Of a stretch of 64,000 nucleotides of DNA, positions 54,201 to 64,000 are shown piece after piece. A program made the position numbers and the translations under genes. How positions within the stretch are numbered: the first letter of the stretch is position 1; every line of letters starts with the position of its first letter. Source of the DNA: Enoplolaimus lenunculus (taxonomy: Eukaryota); contig JASANG010001737.1 of the NCBI GenBank assembly GCA_030248215.1, positions 186,001 through 250,000 on the forward strand, given 5' to 3'. The notes under the pieces were generated by a model. That model saw only the letters and a program-made list of their open reading frames with translations, ran no database searches and was not told the DNA's origin.

Positions 54201-55543
54201 TTTTAGATCTGTTCTACTTTAGCGTGCTGCAGCCCGTCCGGACATATATGCAAATCATAGTATGTATATATTAGATCTTTTTTGCATTTATACGTATTCG
54301 ATCTCGCCGCAAAACATAAAAATCAAAAAGTGCGTTTTAAAAAATAGATGCATAGGTATTAGTATTTTTGGTATTGCACTAAAATTCTAGTTTTGATTCA
54401 GCATCCAAATAGTGGAAACCAGATTTTTATTTTGATTCTAAAAAGTAAAACTTAAACTTTTAAGCTGAAAACCGGCAAAAACTTCGCAAAATGCAAATAC
54501 CAAGCCGATATTGCAAGTCTCACAGGCGACGCCAAAATAAAGAGTACGACGGCGATTCAGTATTCTCAGACACAGAATGCACTGATAGCAATACGGAAGA
54601 AAGCGATAGCAACTCTGACTCTTCGTTGTCAACAACAAAAAAGATGTACCAGCAACCGTTGCCCGATGGTAACGGCAATAGCAAAACACCTTCGAGCAAG
54701 GTTGTAACCACAGTTCGAAGTCGACAAATCAAAAGGAGAGGTAGGAAACGTTTAGCAGATGACAATAATGAATTAAGTTCCCATTGTGGTGTCTCTAAAA
54801 ATCCAGCGATTGCGTCAATTTCTGAAACTCATGGTGATATGCGTAATCATGAGTGTTCTATAAACAATACTTCCCAAAGTGAAATAGAGCTGTTTTGTCA
54901 GCCTTGTCAGCAAGTGTTGTCTACAACTGGCAGTGTTGATCACAGCCTTTACAGCAGCAACGCGAATTATAACGCCGTTATTGCATCGATTTCGAAAACA
55001 CTTGCTGATTTGCGCAATTATCAGTATTCCGTTAAAAACACCAACGCTTCTGAGAGCGAAACTGAACTTTTCTGTCAACACAACCAGGAAGGATTGCCTA
55101 TTGGTAGCGCAGAAAACTCTAAGATTAGCAGCACTAACGTTACCCATAACGCCGCTATTGCATCTATTTCAAAAACACTTGCTGATTTGCGTAATTATCA
55201 ATGTTTTGTTAACAACACCAACGCTTCAGAGAGTGAAACTGAACTTTTTTGTCAACAAAGCCAGGAAGAATTGCCCATTAGTAGCATAGATAATTCTAGC
55301 AGCACTAACGTTACCTATAACGCCGCTATTGCATCTATTTCAAAAACGCTTGCGGATTTGCGTAATTATCATTATTCCGCTAAAAACACCAACGCTTCGG
55401 AGAGTGAAACTGAACTTTTTTGTCAACAAAGCCAGGAAGAATTGCCCATTAGTAGCGTAGATAATTCTAGCAGCACTAACGTTACCTATAACGCCGCTAT
55501 TGCATCTATTTCAAAAACGCTTGCGGATTTGCGTAATTATTAA
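48215..55543 (+). CDS. Intron-containing Zator/ISAzo13-like DDE transposase (~1500 aa)
   Basis: Exons 48215-48513 (tentative), 49524-52328, 52699-52829, 53753-53959, 54465-55543, all GT-AG and in phase. Catalytic-like motifs SDDAA (D ~51442-51447), RRDGGPNEGP (D 51745) and GGSYKNDVER (E 51877), with 43 residues between the second D and E. C-terminal WYPGGP...CEDCDGPCRGHY Cys/His motif. Confidence 0.78.
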
Positions 55544-55940
55544 TATTCTGCTAACAACACCAACGCTTCGGAGAGTGAAACTGAATTTATCTTTCAACAA
55601 AGCCAGGAAGAATTGCCTATTGGATGCGCTGATAACTCTAAGATTGGCGATACCAACGTTAATTATAACGCCGCTATTGCAACTATTTCAAAAACACTTG
55701 CTGATTCGTGTAATTATCAATATTCTGTTAACAACGCTTCGGAGAGTGAAACTGAACTTTTCTGTCAACACAGTCAGGAAGAATTGCCCATTGCAAGCGT
55801 TGATAACTCTAATATTGGCAAGGTCAACGTTAACAAAGTCACTTTTGCATCTATTTCAGAAAGACTTGCTGATCTGCGTAATTATCATTCCCTTATTAAT
55901 AACAACAGCAACGCTTCGGAAGGCGAAACAGAACTTTTCT
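54950..55940 (+). repeat. Coding tandem repeat, ~177-183 bp (~59-61 aa) x ~5, plus degenerate flanking copies
   Basis: Repeated NAAIASISKTLADLRNY...NASESETELFCQQSQEELPI units. Confidence 0.92.
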
Positions 55941-56065
55941 TGCCTAATGGAAGCGTTAACCAGCTTAATAGCGACAATAACGCTAACTCCGCTACCGGAT
56001 CTGTTTCAAAAACATTGGGGGACTTGCGTAAACTCGAGTATTCTGAAAGTGAAACAGAATTATAA
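55544..56065 (+). pseudogene. In-frame continuation of the transposase repeat exon beyond a premature TAA
   Basis: Same frame as ORF 54491. The TAA at 55541 sits where sibling repeat units have CAG/CAA/CAT after ..LRNY, and the repeats continue to TAA at 56063-56065. Confidence 0.7.
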
Positions 56066-56467
56066 ATAGTATTGGCCTGTATAAACCAATTAATTCTTAA
56101 TTTTCAGCTTCTGTTAGCTCTAGCAGCGCATCCATAAATCTCTGCTGGGATGGCCTGTGCTCTGAGTAAAGTACATACACGCAGTATTGATAAACGTAAA
56201 CGTGAATGCTAAACGCAAATTTTTAGCGAAAAACACAAAATTTGTTGTAGATGTAGAGAACTCTGATTCCTGGGTCTTCTGTATAGGTACGACTTTACTT
56301 CAACCTATTTATAATTTCTTTAAAAAATAAATTTTTTAGAAAAATTTTAGAAAAATATTTAAGACCTGGGGCAATGATTTTGTGCGGTAATTTGTAAAAT
56401 CTTCAGGTGTATACGCGAAACTCGGGAGCGAGCTGTTTTGTTGGGAATCGAATGATTTTTTCAAACA

Positions 56468-57087
56468 TTCCTGGGATTTTCTATACTTTACGGTCTGGTT
56501 TCTCCGTGGGTAGATTAATTGTTGTACAACATTGCAATATTGTTTTTTTCACAGTTTATATTTATACTTTGACAGTTTGTATTTTCCACTTCAGTGCTGT
56601 TATCTTTTTAAACTGTGTGTGTACGGACCCGGATCCACTGAAAATAGTCAGAAATCTCTCTACCAAAAGCGTTATTTTATTAATATTTGGTTTTTCACAT
56701 ATAAACTTTGGTAAAGTTTGTTTTTTTTCGCTACTGCTGAATAAAAATCGGTATCTTTTTTGCTGAGAAACAAATGATTTTGTGCATACATTTCTGGAAT
56801 TTTCTATACTTTACGGTCTGATTTCTCCGTGGGCAGATAATTGTCGTACAACATCGCAATATTGTTTTTCACAGTTTATATTTTATACTTTGGCAGTTTG
56901 TAATTTCCACTTCAGTGCTGGTATCTTTTTTTAAACTGAGTGTGTACGGACCCGGATCCACTGAAAATGGTCAGAAATATGTCTACCAAAAGCGTTAAAT
57001 TTAAAATTTGGTTTTTCACAGTTAAAATATATAAACTTTGAAAGTTTATGTTTTTCGCTACTGCTGAATAAAACTCGGTATCTTTTA
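56468..57087. repeat. ~310-bp diverged direct repeat x 2 downstream of the transposase
   Basis: ttttctatactttacggtctg...ctactgctgaataaaa..cggtatctttt occurs twice. Confidence 0.85.
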
Positions 57088-57159
57088 TGAGTGAGTAGAC
57101 AGATTAGTATTTACACAGGGATTCTTAGATCTACAAAGTTTCGCATAGCTAAAAAATAA

Positions 57160-57697
57160 AACTCGATTTGCAGCGACCAAAGAAAACAGAGCTATATCTC
57201 AGCGGGATTATAGGAATAAAAAAACAGATAAAGAATCGCAGCCTCGAAAAACGGCAGGCCACCGCATCAAGAAGAAACCCAAACCGAAAAAAAAGAGGCC
57301 CGACAAGGCCCCAAAAAAAAACGCAGACCACCCCAAGCAAACCGCAAACGAAGACGAACAACCACAACAAAAAGCCGGCGCAAGCCAAAGCCAAAAAAGC
57401 GCAACGAAACACCCGAACCGCAACAGGCCCACGCAAACAACAAAAACAACACGGCCAGGCCCACCAAAAAACAACGCACACGCCCACCCCAAAAAGCCAA
57501 CCCAACAACCACAACAGCACACAGCGAGCGCAAAAAAAACAAAACACCACAAAAGAAGCCAACACAACAAAAACAAAAAAAAAATAAAAAACAACCAAAC
57601 AAACAAAACAAAAAACAAAAAACAAAACAACAAAACAAAAAAAAAAACAAAAAAAAAAAACACACCACAAACACAAAAAACACAACCCACCCCAAAC
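57160..57697. other. A/C-rich low-complexity tract, probable sequencing/assembly artefact
   Basis: Aperiodic A/C runs with almost no T; produces spurious ORFs in several frames. Confidence 0.6.
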
Positions 57698-57899
57698 GTC
57701 TTTACAAAAAGTTTGGTATAACTACGAAACGAGGTGTGTTTAGGGTTTTGTTTTCAAGTTGTTTTTTCACTACCAAAGCGTTCGACAGTAAAATTTGTAA
57801 TGTGGGCTTCTGAAATGGACTGACTGTGTGCTTAGGGTTGCGTAAATTGTTTTCGGCGCACTGCAATTTCTTTTGGCCTGCTTTCGACTTGTAGTAAAA

Positions 57900-58630
57900 G
57901 TGGATCATGTAAAAAAGTTCCGGGGCAGAACATTTTACATTTTTCTGTGGGACTGGAATAGACTGGTATGCATTCGGCTGTTATATGTAGCGGAACATTT
58001 TTTGTGGGACTGGAATAAAGTTGTATGCTTTCGACATATAAAAAGTGGACCAAAAAAGATCACGGGCGGAACATTGTTCTGTGGGACAGGAATAAAGTGG
58101 TATGCTTTCGACATATAAAAAGTGGACCAAAAAAGATCAGGGGCTGAACATTTTTCTGTGGGACAGGAATAAAGTTGTATGCTTTCGACATATAAAAAGT
58201 GGACCAAAAAAGATCACGGGCGGAACATTGTTCTGTGGGACAGGAATAAAGTGGTATGCTTTCGACATATAAAAAGTGTACCAAAAAAGATCATGGGCGG
58301 AACATTTTTCTGTGGGACAGGAATAAAGTTGTATGCTTTCGACATATAAAAAGTGGACCAAAAAAGATCACGGGCGGAACATTGTTCTGTGGGACAGGAA
58401 TAAAGTGGTATGCATTCGACTTATAAAAAGTGTACCAAAAAAGATCATGGGCGGAACATTTTTCTGTCGGACAGGAATAAAGTGGTATGCATTCGACTTA
58501 TAAAAAGTGTACCAAAAAAGATCACGGGCGGAACATTGTTCTGTGGGACAGGAATAAAGTGGTATGCTTTCGACATATAAAAAGTGGACCAAAAAAGATC
58601 AGGGGCTGAACATTTTTATGTGAGACTGCA
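57900..58630. repeat. 77-bp tandem repeat x ~9 with alternating variants
   Basis: tgtgggacaggaataaagt..cgacatataaaaagtggaccaaaaaagatc..gggcggaacatt units, with ttgttct and tttttct variants alternating. Confidence 0.93.
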
Positions 58631-61600
58631 ATACATTAAGCTTAAGCTTTAGACAAATTGTTTGCTTTGGCTTAGGCTTAGGCCTAGGTATGAGCTCATT
58701 TTTAGGTTTAGGCTTAGGCTTAGAAGTAAGCTTAAGAATATGCTTATGCTACTTTTCCGCCCATCTTCCATACATTGACCGTAAAGGTTACTATTTATAG
58801 CTGTGCCCTAAGCAAGGGTATTCTTGTCACGTTTTTATCTTGACAATATTTACGCCCCTCAACTCTATTCAACATCAGACCATTAGCCAGCCCGTAACCA
58901 GCTCACTTTGCTTTTGGGGCTAAGCAATATTTCAGGAGGTGCATATATACAAGTGTTTTCGTTGACTTACTTACAAGAAAGGTTGAAAATTTTCTAGCGA
59001 GGCCAAAATTTTTTCAGAGGGGCATAAGTCACCCTTGCTACCCCCCTTGCCTACGGTCCGAGTCTAACCATTTAACGTGGCTCATTGACGTACGGAATTT
59101 GCGTAAGTTAGAAATGGGGGCCATAACTGTTCGAGAAGGTACACAAAATTTTTCTAAGGCGCTAGCTCACTACTATTTCTTCCTTCGTATTAAAATTTTG
59201 AACTGACGGCAGCCCAGCATGCTCAGCAACGAGGGGTTCCGAAAATTTTATAAGGAACGTTTTCCATAGGCTACTAAAACGTTTCTGAGAGATGCGACAA
59301 GCTCCCGTTGTTTTCCATGGCGTACGGGCACAATATTTACATCGTGACCACTGATAGGCAAAAATGTTTTACAACCAGGCCCTATTCTAGGTGTATGCTC
59401 TCATTTTTGGACACACACTAGCGTTAAAGTCTTTAATACTAATGCACACGACACAGGGCAATCGATCACGCACGCTGAATAAATACGCTCTTTTAATATT
59501 TACGCTTGTTATATTTATTAAGCCAACGCGTTAGCTTGGCCCTACAACACCAACGCCGCAAATATGGGTGAACGGGGCGGTGGAAGGCGTCGCCTACGCT
59601 GGCGGATATGTTTGCCGTCGCTGGCTAAAAAATTTATCGACAACATTAAACCAATAATAAGTTGTATAGGGTTTATCGCCCCCTCCGTAAATTTTTCTAC
59701 CCTTATTACTGACAATCTTTGGTTGCCGGCCTGCATAGCAAGATCAAATGCTGTTTTAGCTGAGCACATTCCTATAGTCAATATCTAGCGCACAAGAATT
59801 GGCCACATAAAAGTTGTCAGGGGGGGGGTTGCTGTGCGTAAAGTAACTTGGAAAATAGGCAAACCCAGCTGCTGTATAGGATAATTTTCGAAAACCGACA
59901 TCAAGCGAAACAACCTAATCTTTAATCTGGTATCATCTTTAGTAAAAATCCCATCCCAACCGTGTCGCCCCGTTGGTCCAACCATGCTGTTGGCCTGAGT
60001 TAGGCGAACAGTTGCTTTTCGCTGCACCGCTAGCGAGCAGCTTTAGAATTGCACAAGACGGAGAGAAAAATATATAGTGGAAATGCTAGAAACATTTTTT
60101 CAGTTTTGGTGTAGAATAAAAGCGTTTGCGTCTACGTTTATTGCGCTTTTTCAGGTTTAGTTCGTTTTTAGGCTTGATTTGATCTGTAGTAGGTAACTGG
60201 TCTATTTTGATTGGAATTGAGCAGTTTGGATTTTGACACTAAACGGTGTGATTGATAGCAAGCTTATAACTTTGGATATCTCTATGGTTCCCGGACGCAT
60301 TTGAGGTGGAGTGGGGACGTAACACAATTAGAGGTATATTATGTTTATCAAAACCAGCTTTGTTTATAGTTAAGTAAAGTTTCTACCCAAGTAGTCATGG
60401 GTTGGGGGGGTCAGATGTCAGCGCGCTCTTTGGGGTTACTGTTCAAGGCTTTACAGACACGGGTATCAGTTTTCAATGGAAGAAGCCCACCGCTCGATAA
60501 TTTTATAGAACATAATCCCCTTTTTTCAAAATGCTGGCTACGCCAATGTTTCTGACTTGTCATTTTTATCAAAAACTTCACATTGAAGCATTAATAACAG
60601 CCATACGTTTCCCCAACGTGTAGTTTCTGCCTGTCTCTTGAACCTGAGACAAATTATGAGCGAACCCCAGTTTTCGCGGGTCTATAACAACGCAGGCTTA
60701 AGCTTTAGACAATTATTGCTTAAATTTAAGCGTATGCTTAGACGTAGTTATTTGCTTACTTATACACTGATGCTTTAGACTTTGTGCTTACGTTTAGGAG
60801 TATTCTCATATAACACTGTTACGCCCCTCAAAGTAACATTGGCCAAACACGCGATGCCGAGCGGCAGTGGGTGAGTATAGCGCAACTCTTGGAATTAAAT
60901 TTAACTGGACCTTATATGCTTCAAAAAATCTTTTCATCGCATCCCTAGTGTCGATATCATATCCCCTTGTACCGTCCGCCGCTGGCTATGCTCCAGCAGA
61001 AAATATTGAAAATACGTATATTTAATCACGGCATGGCAGTCAGTAACATTTTTTAGCAACAATTTCAAATTTCAAATTCGTTGCTCTTCTATACACTGAT
61101 TCGCTTTGTTGACACACGTCTGACAGACCGGCAGTAAAGTTTAAGGATGATAATTGCAATTAACTGCAAACTTGGAGTCAAGCCATATTTGCGTTTTGTT
61201 TTGTTTTGACGGTGTAAATTAGTGATTGTGTGTTGCGTGTTTGTTTGGATTTTGCTTTGGTGCGAACAATAACGCAATTTAATAAATAAACCAAAAACTT
61301 GAGCTTTTGTTACGACCACTGGCGGATTCAAAGGAGACCACCCGCACCCACATATTACCTTAGCCCTCCAATAGGAATCAAAGCTAAAAATTAGTGCGAA
61401 TATGTAGTATTAAAATTGCGCTTGGGTTATAAGCTCGCTTCGCTCGCGGTTCAACTGAAGTAGATTCCCGATAAATATAAGTCGTTTTATGACCGCTGGC
61501 GGATTCAACGGGGGCCGCCCGCGCCGTAGCTCTCCATCAAAGCTCAATATTTGTGCTAACATTTAGTATTAAAATTGTGTTTGACTTTTCGCTCGCGAAC

Positions 61601-62054
61601 ATTTTTACTGATATGTGTCGCGCATCCGGCATTGGTTGCCACGGTATACCGCTGGGAAACTTTAACCTTTGCCACACGATAATTTTTTATTACATTTGAG
61701 GTTTTCCTATTATTATGTTAAAATTTGTGCCCCAGATCCTTGGATGGCAGTTTCAGTGCTCGACTACAAAAGCTTGACGAACAAGCCCGATAAATGGGGC
61801 TCTCTCGTCATGTGAGCGGAGATTTTGTCCTGCACATACGTGTAACTGTTAAAGTTGTTCGTATACTGTATGCTGGAAAACATGCGCCACGTCCCAAACA
61901 GTAATGGTATTCCTAACAGTGATGTGCTCATCATAACTATAACCAACAATTCGAATTGATTTTTATGTTTGATTTGTTCCATTGACGGATCCAAGATTTT
62001 AAATTCATGATGTAAAACCTCGCCGTATATTTCATTATATTTTGCTAGAAAACA

Positions 62055-62467
62055 CAGGGTGCAAACGGAATTCCGGTTCCCGTTGCGGCATGTTTTCCCC
62101 TTCCGGTTCCGGTAAATTTTTACCGGAATAAAAAATTTAGGTATTAAAGTTTGGTCGGTGGAATTTAAGATATTTTACTTAAAAATGACGATAAAAATTA
62201 AATAGATTTCATTAGTATAGTATGCAAACCTTGACAATCGCCAAAAATAAACGATCAAAGGTAGATTTTGTTTCTGTGGATTATGAAAGTCTAAAATACA
62301 GGAGATATATCTCGAACTATTGTTATTTCACATTGCAAAAAAAGAGAAAATTAAAATGAATATATCGGTGGCATGTATTTTTCATTTTACGGTTCCGGTT
62401 TCGTTTCCGGTAATTTTTTCAAATTCCGGTACCAGCTCCGGTAAATTGTAATTCCGGTTGCACCCTG
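62055..62467. mobile_element. hAT-like MITE related to 4629-5031
   Basis: cagggtgcaaacggaatt / aattccggttgcaccctg TIRs with ccggttcc subterminal repeats; no clean TSD. Confidence 0.7.
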
Positions 62468-63307
62468 ATAAACAACACATTGTGAGCTTCAGATTAACTA
62501 TGTCCATCGCAAAATTTTCAGAACGACATGGCCGAGGGGATATATTCCTACCGCTTCTTCCCCGGATCTGCCGCTCATTTTTCTTGCCCCGGTTAAATAT
62601 ATGCACAATTGCGAACTGGTTCTCGCAACCAACAATGTGTTAAAGATAACAACCCAGGTCCGTACCCAACTCACGTACGTAGTGGGGCTAAAAAATTTTC
62701 AGGAGAGGCATACAAAGGTTTTCGATAACTTACCGGAAAGGTAGAAAAATTTTTTAAGGGTAAAACCAAAATCTTAACAGTGGAAAGGGCTTGAGCACCC
62801 TTTGGCCCACCCTCTGGCTGCAGGCGCGCGAACAATCAGTCGCGCATATTGCTTTTGTTTTAAAATTGCATTTTGAAAAACTGCAGGCGTGCACAAAAAC
62901 AACGTTTTTTTTCAATATTTTCGTTTAAAGCCCAGTGTATGTTGTTAATGTTTTTTGAAATTTGACAATTTTACGTTTGTGTAATATTCAGCATTAAATG
63001 TTTGTCGTCAAAGTCACCGAGAATTGTATTTTCTGCTTGAGTTGCGATTATTTATTGTTTCCGAGCTAAATTCATATTAAAGCATATAGGATGCGGCAGC
63101 GTGCAGACGGACGTTTCCTTTTGGCGATACCCAAACTGGACATCGAGGTTTGGGAAATATGGGTAGTGAAATTTTTAATAATTTCATTTTTTGAAAATGT
63201 GGTACGGCTTAACAGTCTTGGCCAATGTTAATACGCTAATGGCTCGTTTCATTGTACCGGAACAGCCGTGTACCAGGAGTACGTACAGCAAATACAATTG
63301 TAAAAGT

Positions 63308-63520
63308 TGGGACAGCAGGAAGTTGGGACAGTGGAGAAATCTTGGCCAATGGAGATGTTCAGACACCGGGACAGTGGGAACGGTTTGGTTTGTTGGGTCG
63401 GCGGCACTGTGGGGACAACTGTTAAAATTGTGACATTTGGGACAGTGGGAACAGTTGAAATAGTAGGGTCAGCTGGGACAGTTGAGACGGTGAGGAATGT
63501 CAGAGCAATCGGGACAATTG
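63308..63520. repeat. Degenerate GGGACAG(T) short-repeat cluster
   Basis: About 7 copies of gggaca(g/a) in 210 bp. Confidence 0.6.
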
Positions 63521-64000
63521 ATATATAGTATAAGCAGGCAGTCTTTATCGTAGCGCGGGTCAAATTTTCGTAGTCTGAATTTAATAGACTGGCACGTAAG
63601 GCATCGAACCTCATCAAAGTTCAGGGGACCTCAAGATAGATGGAGCTATCTCCGGGCAAACCTTCTATACTAAGCAATTCATTGTTGGAACACTTTAGAT
63701 TTCTAGCGAAATACTTTTAGACTGTGTTTTGGCGTTCTAGCATGAGAACCACCTTAGTACAGAAAGCTGGATGGCGGTAGCCCCTTGTCCGACTTAGCGC
63801 CCCTAGAAACTGGATCCACGGGATCATGTGTAAAGCACCCCTTGAGTGGAAAGCAAACAAGCGACCCTAAGCATTACATACTCGGACGTTTTGTTGTAGA
63901 ACTTTCTTTATACTATATATTAGGCTGTACATATGTAAACAGGGGCGCATATATGTGCACGCTGAGTTTATTGCTGTCTCGGCACAATAGGTCGGTCTTT

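Noticed and set aside
57149..57695. Long hydrophobic or Lys-rich ORFs (139-178 aa)
   Set aside because: They result from an A/C low-complexity tract lacking stops, probably poor-quality sequence.

Overview
AT-rich eukaryotic DNA, probably from an invertebrate animal; the organism cannot be fixed from sequence alone. It has GT-AG introns and dense MITE/satellite content, and I found no prokaryotic, CRISPR or rRNA features. The core is a co-oriented + strand cluster at ~32.5-56.1 kb with three parts. (1) A 14-exon, ~910-aa gene reconstructed by hand with all splice phases compatible, ending in a divergent SETD8/PR-Set7-type SET domain. (2) A Ulp1/SENP-like (clan CE) cysteine protease exon ~340 bp downstream. 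(3) An intron-containing Zator/ISAzo13(TP36)-like transposase gene with an intact D-D(43)-E triad, a 2A-like DIQTNPGP motif near its N terminus, an internal ~116-aa duplication and a repeat-rich C-terminal tail broken by one in-frame stop. A divergent multi-exon Ser-rich gene remnant lies on the - strand at ~19.4-25.6 kb, among two recent local duplications. The best 'novel system' hypothesis is a very large Zator-like DNA transposon, or a domesticated derivative, carrying chromatin-modifying cargo (H4K20-type methyltransferase plus deSUMOylase-like protease); element ends were not found. The rest is MITEs (TA-flanked, hAT-like, piggyBac-like, TTAGGC-containing), tandem arrays and two probable low-quality sequence tracts.
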